From Macrostomum hystrix (lineage: Eukaryota; Animalia; Platyhelminthes): DNA of 64,000 bases. A program made the translations under genes and the position numbers. Under the pieces are notes generated by a model, which was not told where the DNA came from, made no database searches, and saw nothing but the letters and a program-made list of their open reading frames with translations. This document shows positions 12,690 to 24,500 of this stretch, in pieces; within the stretch, counting starts at the first letter, position 1, and each line of letters starts with the position of its first letter. Location: positions 310,001 through 374,000 of the forward strand of contig CATNEN010000038.1 of assembly GCA_950097015.1 (NCBI GenBank), written 5' to 3'.

Positions 12690-13550
12690 CACGGGACAAC
12701 CTTAATACAGTCTCGCCTGAGCCTCAGCAAGAACGTCAATGAGCAGCTGCTCGCACTGCTACAGGCTGTGTTGCACGACTGCAACAAGTATATTCGAGCC
12801 TGAAGGCTGCAGTTCAGCGGATTAACGAACTGCCCGAATCGAAAGATGGGCGGATCGTGATCTATCCCGATCGCATTATCAACCTACATTTAGTAGGTCG
12901 ATAATTTTCTTTATTATGATTTACTGAAAGAAAATGAAATGTATATATAGATGCTGGTTCATGGTTCGGTACAGGTCAGTCCATTTAAGCAGTTTTTTTA
13001 TTATGCAACTAATTTGAATTTTTTTATGGCTCTGCGCACTTTAAGCTCAATTATGTCGATAAATTTGTTGCTGTTGGAGATGGAAATTATCATGGACTTG
13101 GAAATTATCATGGACTTGGAAATTATCATGGACTTGGAAATTATCATGGACTTGGAAATTATAACTAAAAATTAACAGCTGGTTCGGCTATTTACTGTCA
13201 GCTAGTTCTCCCCTATATGTCCACATATTGCTATCGCTGTCCAGCGGACATCGCGTCACCCCGGATCGATACAATGAGATCGTCTCGGTGGATATTCCGG
13301 ATCCTCGAACTCCGCCAGTGCTGCACGAGCTGGTCAAGACGCACATGATTCACGGCCGGCGTGGCGAAGTGAACCCGCGCTGTTCCTGCATGGAGACCGG
13401 CAAGTGCAGCAAAGCCTTCCAAAGGAGTTCCTGCCAGCCACTCTGGTCAACGACGCAGGCTATCTGCACTACAGGAGGCGCTCCTCGGGAATGGCCGGAG
13501 GATTTGAGGGGCAGAAAATGTTCAGAGGCCGTACTATTCCTATGGACAAT
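12690..13550 (+). mobile_element. Helitron RepHel remnant (fragmented)
   Basis: 13220-13480 translates to HILLSL...EIVSVDIPDP...LHELVKTHMIHG..GEVNP..SCMETGKCSKAF, the conserved region after Rep motif II. 12730-12870 gives NEQLLALLQAVLHDCNKYI, typical of the upstream Rep region. Frameshifted. Confidence 0.75.
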
Positions 13551-14679
13551 CGGTGAGACACTGCTTGGTTTGTATAACGCTGGAACCCTTTTCATCCAGT
13601 TTTCATTTACATAATTATGCAAGTTAAATTTGTTGCTATATTTTTCATCGATTAGACTACTACGCAGTTATATTATTATTAAACACGATCGTGCTGACTT
13701 GTTTAGTATTCCTTTGTGAACTCCTAGTGCTTTTTATGTTCTAAGCTCACTGATGTAGAAAAATGTATCTGTGACCATCAAGGGCGTGATTAATTTATCC
13801 ACGAAAGGAGGAAAAGATCCAAGAAGCAGCAATTGGCTTTGCTAACGACGAAACAATACCGAGTACAAACTACTGACAACGAGTGTAAAATTATTTTGGC
13901 TCATGCAATCAAATCAGCTTACTCTTTGATGATATCTTCGTCTTCTAAGTCCATAGCTTTTTTATTAAACAATGCCCGTCCCGAGAAGCCTGATTATTTT
14001 AAATTAAAGCTGAAGCGCACGTGCATGAATCTACGTTAATTGACAACCGGAATTGAAGTCAAACATTCAAAATGCTATATTTCATAGAAAGCTAAAGTAT
14101 TAATATATTTTAAGTAGTTTTGTACGTCTAATCTGTGTTGTGTCGTTTTATATGAAAAAATGTATGTTTTTGCAAAACTGATTCCGGAACAGTGTTTAGA
14201 TTCCGATTTTTTTCGACAAGAAGTCCAAGTTGAAACCTCATTATCATTTAAGCCCTAGATATTAATGCACACTGAAATTAGAGACACATTTAGTAAAAAT
14301 TTCTTAAGGCCTCACACTATATTTGAAACGTTTCATGCTTTAAATGAATTATATTTAGAGCCTTGGCTTCCTACTATTATTGTGCATGATTAAATAAATA
14401 TATAAATATTCGAAAACAGACTTTTACTTTAATTTTTTCAATTTATTTTACAGTTGTAGCTAAATATGAACTGAATCTGGAAGTGGAAATAGATAACTAG
14501 ATCTGGAGCCAAGAATTGTATTGATTTTTTGTGTTGTATATTAAAGAAACTTGTAATGAATAACTCATAAACAATCACTGACTCATAAACATTTACTGAT
14601 AAGAAAATTTCCTAACTAAGGCTTCAACCTTGAACTTTTGGGGAACATTTGTTTTGATAAATCAGTAACTATATATAAA

Positions 14680-15279
14680 GGCAATCTTGCAGTTTCGCAC
14701 ATTTAATTATTTTTAAATTTAAATTGTTTCAGACGGCAACACAACGAAACACAACATAACTAAATGCAACAGGAGACAACAAGAGACAGTCAGACACGTG
14801 CTAGAAACCTCAGAGTCTGCACCAATTACATGTGGTAGTAGTGAGCCACCCAGAATAGAAGATTCCCGAATATCTTCTGTGGGAAGCATCAGCACCAGAG
14901 AAACTCTTCTAGGTGTGTCTCAAATAGTGCCTTTGATGTTCCATGCATGGACCGCAGTCTGGCCTTGACATGGGCCCATGTGCCTTCAATGGTGTTGGTA
15001 TGGACCATTGGATTGTTGGGGTCCACGAAGTTGAGCCAGTGATTGACAGGTGGTACAATGGTTGTTGGAGCTGGTGGATGTCCTGCCATGTTGGAAACTT
15101 GAGATTGAGTTGTCAAATTAAAGTTATTCTTTCAGCTTCACTTGGAATCCCCCCTTTTATCTGCATCCCATGGGTTTAACCATAGACATACACCATCTGC
15201 CATGTCAAATGACATGTAACACGTTCTGGCACCATTTTGAAAATAAATATAATTTAATGTGCAAAACTGCAAGATTGCC
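14680..15279 (-). mobile_element. Merlin (IS1016/ISXO2-like) internally deleted DNA transposon
   Basis: ~29-bp TIRs GGCAATCTTGCAGTTT(C/T)GCACATT(T/A)AATT, perfect 8-bp TSD TATATAAA (14672-14679, 15280-15287), transposase C-terminus VNH..NFVDP...VHTNTIEGTW..VK...GTS...HLEEFLW with an in-frame stop. Confidence 0.9.
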
Positions 15280-15527
15280 TATATAAATTAAATATATTAT
15301 AAGGCTGAAATGAATGTTTTATGTTGTCTAAGTATATACTGTATATTGTTTGAAAGCCTAGAAAAAAATAAATATATAGTTACAACTTGGATTTTAATTT
15401 AAACACCTGTTTTTTTCTTTTCAGCTAAATCAGCAATTAATAGGTTTATAGCGAGCTATTTTATTAATAGCTTTGCAAATAATCAATTGCATGTTTGGAC
15501 TAGCAAGCTAGCTAATTAAAATCCTGT

Positions 15528-18500
15528 ATGAGCCTTAAGGGTACCATTGGTGCCATTGAGGACACAGACTCTGAAGAAGAACTGCCGGCTGGTTGGGAAG
15601 TTCGTGCCTCACTTGATGGACAAGTCTATTATCTAAAGTGAGTGTTTCTCCAACCTGTTAAAAATGAGCAACTTTAGCTATGCAATGGAAAATATCCACA
15701 ATCCTTGCCCATCTTTCCCCTCCCTTCCATTCTCCCACCTTCCTTATATGCTATCTCTACCATATTTTTTTTGTATTTTTACTCTTTAACACTTACCTCT
15801 CCCCTCTCCTCTCCCCTCCCCTCCCCTCCACTTCTCTCCTTTTCTCTCTCTCAAACTCTTATCTTTCTGCCCTTCTCATAAGCTCTCTACTATCAAAAAT
15901 TACATTTGGCAAGCAATCTTTTAGCTTTAGATTGACTCATTGTAAAGCTAACTTAACTCAATCCAAAAAGCATAATTTCAGTATGAAATACATACCACCA
16001 TGTTACCATGTAGATAAGATTTTAAAGCAAGTTCACACAGGATCATTTAGATTGCAACCGCCCACCCCAGCCACCAGGCCAAGAGCTCGCACTGGGAGCA
16101 CCCGATCTCTGGCAAACGCAGCTTTATAAAGCCCGACCTGCCACCTGGCTGGGAGATGACAGTCACGGAACACGGCAATCTGCTGTTCTTCGAGTGAGTA
16201 CCCGACTGCCACTGGCCATCTGCTCTGGGGCTCCTGGAATTCTGACTTTTATTGTAGCTCATTCTTGCACTCTCAGCAACATTTGTCACATCCTGAACTA
16301 TGTCTGTCCAGGTCTGACCTGTGTCTCTGTCATGTGTCTGCCTGTCTGACCAGTGTCTCTCTGCCCTGTGTCTGTCTGACATGTGTACCTGTCCTGTGTC
16401 TGTCTGACCTGTGTCTGTCTGCCCTGTGTCTGTCTGACCTGTGTCTTTCTGTCTGTCCTGTGTCTGTCTGTCCTGTGTCTGTCTGACCTTTGTCTTTCTG
16501 TCTGTCCTGTGTCTGTCTGACCTGTGTCTCTTTGTCCTGTGTCTTTCTGTCTGTCCTGTGTCTGTCTGTCTGTCCTGTGTCTGTCTGTCTGTCCTGTGTC
16601 TGTCTGTCTGTCCTGTGTCTGTCTGCCCTGTGTCTGTCTGTCCTGTGTCTGTCTGCCCTGTGTCTGTCTGACCTGTGTCTTTCTGTCTGTCCTGTGTCTG
16701 TCTGTCCTGTGTCTGTCTGACCTGTGTCTTTCTGTCTGTCCTGTGTCTGTCTGTCCTGTGTCTGTCTGATCTGTGTCTTTCTGTCTGTCCTGTGTCTGTC
16801 TGTCCTGTGTCTGTCTGACCTGTGTCTTTCTGTCTGTCCTGTGTCTGTCTGACCTGTGTCTCTTTGTCCTGTGTCTTTCTGTCTGTCCTGTGTCTGTCTG
16901 TCTGTCCTGTGTCTGTCTGTCTGTCCTGTGTCTGTCTGTCTGTCCTGTGTCTGTCTGCCCTGTGTCTGTCTGTCCTGTGTCTGTCTGCCCTGTGTCTGTC
17001 TTGTGCCTGCTTGTCCTGTGTCTGCCTGTCCTGTGTCTCACACTTCGCACTGTCTGTCAGGTATGGCATGTGGCAAGTGAATCAGGGAGTCTAACCCCAT
17101 TCTTTAGACCTTTGGCTATTATGCTAGCCAAGGATTTTCGTATTTGCTCTGTATGTACATGTATCTTAAGCGCTTAGTTAATCTCCAACACGTCTAATAT
17201 GCCTTCACCTATTCCACCCCTACTCAACTGTCAGGTTCTGAAAGCTCTAAAAAAGAAAAGATTTGTTAAAAAGCATTGTTAAATGATGTCAGCTATACTC
17301 GACTCTCTCATTGGCCTGGTGTCCTTTGCATTCGGCATGTTAGTCATGCGACCTGCTCGCTTCGTTGTCAAGTAAGCCCCAGTAATGATAAATACTCCAG
17401 TAATGATAAATACTCCAGTAATGATATATACTCAAGCAATGATAAATACTCAAGTAATGATAAATACTCAAAGTAACCTTTTTGCTGGCTCTACCGCAGA
17501 GAGATTAGATGCCGAATGGAAAGGCGCTTGCATCACGATTCGCTTCCTTCGATTCCCTTCATTGCTTCCTTCGATTCCCTGATTGCTTTCTTCGATTCCC
17601 TTCATTGCTTCCTTCGATTCCCTAATTGCTTTCTTCGATTCCCTTCATTGCTTCCTTCGATTCCCTGATTGCTTCCTTCGATTCCCTTCATTGCTTCCTT
17701 CGATTCCCTGATTGCTTTCTTCGATTCCCTTCATTGCTTCCTTCGATTCCCTGATTGCTTCCTTCGATTCCCTTCATTGCTTCCTTCGATTCCCTGATTG
17801 CTTCCTTCGATTCCCTTCATTGCTTCCTTCGATTCCCTCTATTGCTTCCTTCGATTCCCTTCATTGCTTCCTTCGATTCCCTTCATTGCTTCCTTCGATT
17901 CCCTGATTGCTTCCTTCGATTCCCTTCATTGCTTCCTTCGATTCCCTGATTGCTTTCTTCGATTCCCTTCATTGCTTCCTTCGATTCCCTTCATTGCTTC
18001 CTTCGATTCCCTGATTGCTTCCTTCGATTCCCTTCATTGCTTCCTTCGATTCCCTGATTGCTTCCTTCGATTCCCTTCATTGCTTCCTTCGATTCCCTGA
18101 TTGCTTTCTTCGATTCCCTTCATTGCTTCCTTCGATTCCCTGATTGCTTCCTTCGATTCCCTTCATTGCTTCCTTCGATTCCCTGATTGCTTCCTTCGAT
18201 TCCCTTTATTGCTTCCTTCGATTCCCTGATTGCTTCCTTCGATTCCCTTCATTGCTTCCTTCGATTCCCTTCATTGCTTCCTTCGATTCCCTGATTGCTT
18301 TCTTCGATTCCCTTCATTGCTTCCTTCGATTCCCTGATTGCTTCCTTCGATTCCCTTCATTGCTTCTTTCGATTCCCTGATTGCTTCCTTCGATTACCTT
18401 CATTGCTTCCTTCGATTCCCTTCATTGCTTCCTTCGATTCCCTGATTGCTTCCTTCGATTCCCTTCATTGCTTCCTTCGATTCCCTGATTGCTTTCTTCG

Positions 18501-21500
18501 ATTCCCTTCATTGCTTCCTTCGATTCCCTGATTGCTTCCTTCGATTCCCTTCATTGCTTCCTTCGATTCCCTGATTGCTTCCTTCGATTCCCTTTATTGC
18601 TTCCTTCGATTCCCTGATTGCTTCCTTCGATTCCCTTCATTGCTTCCTTCGATTCCCTTCATTGCTTCCTTCGATTCCCTGATTGCTTTCTTCGATTCCC
18701 TTCATTGCTTCCTTCGATTCCCTCTATTGCTTCCTTAGATTCCCTTCATTGCTTCCTTCGATTCCCTTCATTGCTTCCTTCGATTCCCTGATTGCTTTCT
18801 TCGATTCCCTTCATTGCTTCCTTCGATTCCCTGATTGCTTCCTTCGATTCCCTTCATTGCTTCCTTCGATTCCCTGATTGCTTCCTTCGATTCCCTTCAT
18901 TGCTTCCTTCGATTCCCTGATTGCTTTCTTCGATTCCCTTCATTGCTTCCTTCGATTCCCTTCATTGCTTCCTTCGATTCCCTGATTGCTTTCTTCGATT
19001 CCCTTCATTGCTTCCTTCGATTCCCTCTATTGCTTCCTTCGATTCCCTTCATTGCTTCCTTCGATTCCCTTCATTGCTTCCTTCGATTCCCTGATTGCTT
19101 TCTTCGATTCATTTTATTGCTTCCTTCGATTCCCTTCATTGCTTCCTTCGATTCCCTTCATTGCTTCATTCGATTCCTAAAGTCTTTCTTTGATTCTATT
19201 CGACTCTTTTTGATTTCCTGTCTCTTCCTTCGAATTTCCAACAATGCTTAGATCGATTTCTTAAGTCTCTTTCTTCGATTCCTTAATTATTTTCCAAATC
19301 GATTCCCTATACATCTCTCCGTTCGATTCCGTAGGCCTCTTCCTTCGATTGTTTCCTTAATCTCCTTTGTCATCCTCAGAGGCCCTTTTCTTATTCTTGT
19401 CTTTCCATATTTGTCTGTCGAATTAAATTTCACCCAGCAAAATTTCTTTCCAAACTACTAGCAGTAGGCAGTAGGCGAACATGCAGTCCCAAATATAAAT
19501 AATGCAGCCCTTGTCTGCCCGCAGTCGAGTCCGCGGCCTGAAGTCGCACACAGACCCCAGGCTGGCGTTCAGCAAGGCAGAGCACTCGCGCACCAACTGG
19601 CGACAGCAGTTTGACAGCCATTCGACAGCCCTGCAGGTTCTGGCCAATCACGACTTGACTGGCCGCGTTGCCATGGTTACCGGGGCCAGCTCTGGCATCG
19701 GCTTCGAGACGGCCAGGGCTATCGCTCTGCGCGGAGCGAAAGTCATTCTTGCCTGCCGCTGCCCTCAGCTGGGAACCGCTGCTGTGAGCTGCTGTCTGAG
19801 CACGTCCTCTCCCCCTCTCTTCTCCCCTCTGTCTCCCCCTCTGTCTTCTTCCCCCTGTCTTCTCCCCTCTGTCTTCCCCCTCTGTCTTCTCCCCTTCGTC
19901 TTCCCCCTTTGTCTTCCCCCTCTGTCTTCTCCCCTCTGTCTCCCCCCTCTGTCTTCTCCCCTTCGTCTTCTCCCCTTCGTCTTCCCCCTTTGTCTTCCCC
20001 CTTTGTCTTCCCCCTTTGTCTTCCCCCTTTGTCTTCCCCCTTTGTCTTCCCCCTCTGTCTTCTCCCCTCTGTCTTCTCCTCCTCTGCCCTCTACTCCTCT
20101 GCCTTCTCCCCTCTGCCTGTCTTCTCTCTATTTTCTTATCTTGTTGTTGCCTTTAATTTTTAGCGTTTTAATTTAATTTTTTAAAAGTTTTTTTGCGGTT
20201 TGTCATTTTAGTTTATTTCCTTGTTTTCCCTTTCCCTTTATTTGTTCTTGCAGTTTTTTTTCCATCGATCTTTAGTCTCCAGTGACGCCACACTCATCTT
20301 GGGTAAACAGAAGTCGCAGACAAGCAGCTATTGACCATTAATCTTGGCTTGTCATGTTTGCTAATTCCTCTGTCGTATTTGCCAGCAGTACAATTTTAGC
20401 TGCAGATAAAAACAGCTGCATTGCTGCTAAAGTGCGATCTAGATTCACACACCAAAGAATTTACACCAGTCATTTAAATGTCTGATTTTTGTGGACTCCA
20501 CTAAAACACAAATTTTTAGGCAAATCACAAAAAATTTATCTGTTCCTATTCTTCTGTCAATTATGTTTTCGCAATAATTGACATCAGAATCAGACAGACA
20601 GGGCAAAGCAAATAGAGTAAAATGAGACTGAGGAGCTAATAGCGAGTCCTTCCTGCAGCTTGCTCTTCACTAGGGAAGAAAGATGCTCTTCTGGTAGCCC
20701 TCAGGAACTGGACGAGCCGCGGGATCTCGGATCTGCAAACGTCGTCCATGGATGGATTTGGTCCGATTAAGCCTCTCTCTGGTGAAGAAAGGGCAGTGAC
20801 AGACGAAGTGCAGGGCATTCTCGTTCTCAAGGTTGCAGAACGGGCACAGCTCACTCCGGAGGTCTCCACGGAGGAAACAGTGTCTGGCGTAGCAGCCATG
20901 GCCTGTGAGGGTCATGGTGAGCGCCCGGATGTCCTTCCCGGTCTGGTTTAGAAGGACCTTCTGGAGCCGAGTGGATGGCACTGAGACTGCCGCTTTGGAT
21001 TGGCGGCAATTAATGGTGCTTCTCCACCGGGTAAGATGGAGGTTGGCGGCCCAGCCATAAATCTGACGATAGATGACGGTGTTCGGAATTGGAACCGGGG
21101 GGAGGGGTCCGGCGCAGAGCTGGCGCCTCCCTGCTTGGCCAGGGAGTCAGCAAGCTCGTTTCCAGGAAAACCGGCATGCCCTGGTATCCACTGAAGTCTG
21201 ACGGTATTCTTACCGGCCAGGTTATTGAGCTGCCGGACACAGTCGGATACCGTCCGGGAGGTTGTGGTGATGTGACAGAGGGCTTGCAGAGCAGCCTGAC
21301 TGTCCGAGTGAAAGATGATAGTCCTGCCTGAGGTGTTTTTCTCGTTCAACTCCGCAGCGCAGGAGCTGATGGCCGGGACCTCGTTCTGGAAAACGCTCGA
21401 GGAGTTTCCAGTGTGTTGGGCGTGTGTGGCGACAACACGTCCGTTGACTAGGATACAGACCCCGAAGCCAGCGGAGCCATCCTTCATGGATCCGTCCGTG

Positions 21501-24500
21501 TAGCCGTGGACCTTCTGGGTGTTCCAGTGGTCGCTAGCTTGATCCCTGGTGGGGATGAGAACCTTAAAGCACTGAAGGAGGTTGAGCGTGGGCGGTTCTC
21601 CGTCCGTGAGGACATTGATTCCGTTGCTCGCGCCCAAATCTCTTGGGCAATGGTCCGTGTGCGGCAGGAGCTTTCGCTTTGCTGCCGCTCGTTGGGGGAC
21701 GAAGCGCACTCCGGCATCAAGGAGACGCCGGGCGGTTTTCGCCGCCTCACCGCGGATAAAAATATTAAGCGAGAGGATATTCAGGAAGGCGCTGAGGCCG
21801 TCGAAGGGGGCGGATGGCGGGGCGCTCATGATCATGCGACACGCGCGACCTTGCACTCTACGAAGAGTCTCAAGGCAGGTCTTTAGCTAACCCAGATCAG
21901 TCCGGCTTACGAAACAGCCGGTCTGACCATAGCAGTGTAGATCCACCATAGACGTTTGGGGGTGAGACCCCAAGTGTTGACTACCGCCCTGCGCAGCTGC
22001 GCCAGGATCTCAAAGGCCTTCTTGGCTTTAGCGTGGACATGAGGAGTCCAGCTGGGCCTGTGATCGAGCGTTATGCCCAAGCATTTAGTTTGCTTCTGGA
22101 AGGTGATGTCCTTTCCATACAGCTGGAGGGGGCGAATATGCCATTTTTTGCTGGTGAACATGATCGTCGCTGTCTTAGACTTGGAGAGCTTCAGACCACA
22201 GCGAGTTGCCCATCTTTCAGCGTTGTTAATAAAGTTTTGGAGAAGGTCTCGGAGAGCCTCCGGTGTCGGGCCGGATGCCACTGCCGTAACATCATCCGCG
22301 TAGCCAACCTTTAGGATGGGGGGTCCGGCTGAGAGTCCCGAATGAGCTCGTCGATAACCATATTCCAGAGAATTGGTGAGAGGACTCCGCCTTGTGGGCT
22401 ACCTTTGCAGACAGTGACCGTCCGCTGGTGTCCAAGAAGTTGCGCCGTAGCAGTGCGGTGGCGGACTATGTACATGATCCACCTCCTAAGATGCGAATGC
22501 GTGTGCCGCATACGTAGGGCCCTGTCAAACGCCTCGAAGAGAACGTTGTCGAAGATCCCATCAATGTCCAGGAAGATGCTGAGGGCAAAGCTGTTCCCGA
22601 GGACGGCCTTTTCCAGAGCGCCCACCAGAGCGTGGAGAGCGCTTTCGGTGGAGCGGCCCGACTGAAAAGCGTGTTGATTGCCGCTTAGCGGCATATTTTT
22701 CAGCTCCACAGAGAGGAGGCGCCAGAGCACCAGTCTCTCCATCAGTTTGACCATGGTGGAGGTCAGGCTGATTGGCCGGAACGATTTAATGGAGTGGTAG
22801 TCCATGCGGCCTGGCTTGGGGATAAATACCACCCTCGCCTCGGTCCATGCCTTTGGAACATACCCAAGCACAATGCAAGCTTTGAGGAGCTTGCAAAGAT
22901 TTGTGAGGAAACCATGGCAGGGTTTGAAGGAATGGGCTGCCTTGGTAACCCGGTCTTCAGTAGTAATGGACGCCGCCAGGATATATCCCTCGGCATGATC
23001 CGGAGGGTCTGTCCCTGTTGGCACGCTGGGGAAGAAGGCTGTGAGCAAAGTGTCAAGCGTTTCCCCAGGGTTCTCGGTGGGTCTGTCATCGGCCTTCCTC
23101 ACCGTCGAGAGCTTGGAAATTTTGTCCAGCGTGAGGGCTTTGACGATTCTGGAGGTGGGGCTAGTGCCTTCAAGCTCCTCACAGCATTGTCGCCACTTGC
23201 TGTTTTTGGCATTTCTGACTTCCTTCTTGAAGCTATGAATGGCTTCAAGATACGCAGCCTGATCAGCCTGGTTTTTAGTTTTGGTGGCTCTGTGGTGTAG
23301 CCGCTTCGCCGCTCGACGGAGCTCGCCGAGCTGCGGATGCCAGCAGGTGCTGGCAGGGGGGCTGAGGTTTCGTTGGGTTCCTTCGAGATTATACCTAAAG
23401 GCTTCCCAATTCCTAGCATTCCTTTTCCAAGTGATTTCCAGGGGAGAAATGCAGAAGACAGGCTAAAAAACAGGGCAGAAGACAAGCTTGTAGACACTAA
23501 AAAACCAGGGCAGAAGACAGGACACAAGACAGGGTAGAAGACAGGCTAAAAAACTGGATAGAAGGCAGGGTAGAAGACAGGCTAAAAAACTGGGTTGAGG
23601 ACACGGTAGAAGACAGGGTAGAAGATTTGACAGAAGACAGGGGCAGAAGACGGGCAAATCGGAGAGGCAGATAAGTGGGAAGAGTTGCAGTGATTGGCTA
23701 TCCGAATTTCATCTCCAGGCTGGCCGCATTCGCTCCGAGATGCCCACAGCCAGTGTTGAGGTGTGGCAGGTCGAGCTGTCCTCTCTACGCTCCGTTCTGA
23801 GCTTCTGCAAGCGCTACCGGGCAGCCAGCTATCCGCTGCACGCCCTCATTCTGAATGCCGGCGTCTGCGGCCCCGCGCATCAGCTCACCGAGGATGGGGT
23901 TGAACTTCAGTTTCAGGTGAGCTGCAGTTTCTAAGCTAGCTATGGGATCTTAGATTAGGGATTTGAGATATGGGATCTTAGATTAGGGATATGAGATATG
24001 GGATCTTAGACAAGGGATTTGAGATATGGGATCTTAGATTAGGGATTTGAGTTATGGAGTCTTCGATTAGGGATTTGAGTTGTGGGGTCTTAGATTAGGG
24101 ATTTGAGATATGGGATCTTAGATTAGGGATTTGATATATGGGGTCTTAGATTAGGGATTTGAGATATGGGATCTTAGATTAGGGATTTGATATATGGGGT
24201 CATAGATTAGGGATTTGAGTTATGGGGTCTTAGATTAGGGATTTGAGTTATGGGGTCTTAGATTAGGGATTTGATATATGGGGTCATAGATTAGGGATTT
24301 GATATATGGGGTCATAGATTAGGGATTTGATATATGGGGTCTTAGATTAGGGATTTGATATATGGGGTCTTAGATTAGGGATTTGATATATGGGATCTTA
24401 GATTAGGGATTTGATATATGGGGTCATAGATTAGGGATTTGAGTTATGGGGTCTTAGATTTGGGATTTGATATATGGGATCTTAGATTAGGGATTTGATA

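Noticed and set aside
19502-20176. Stand-alone SDR lacking WW domains
   Set aside because: WW exons were found at 15528-15637 and 16071-16193; the ORF tail is intronic CT repeat.
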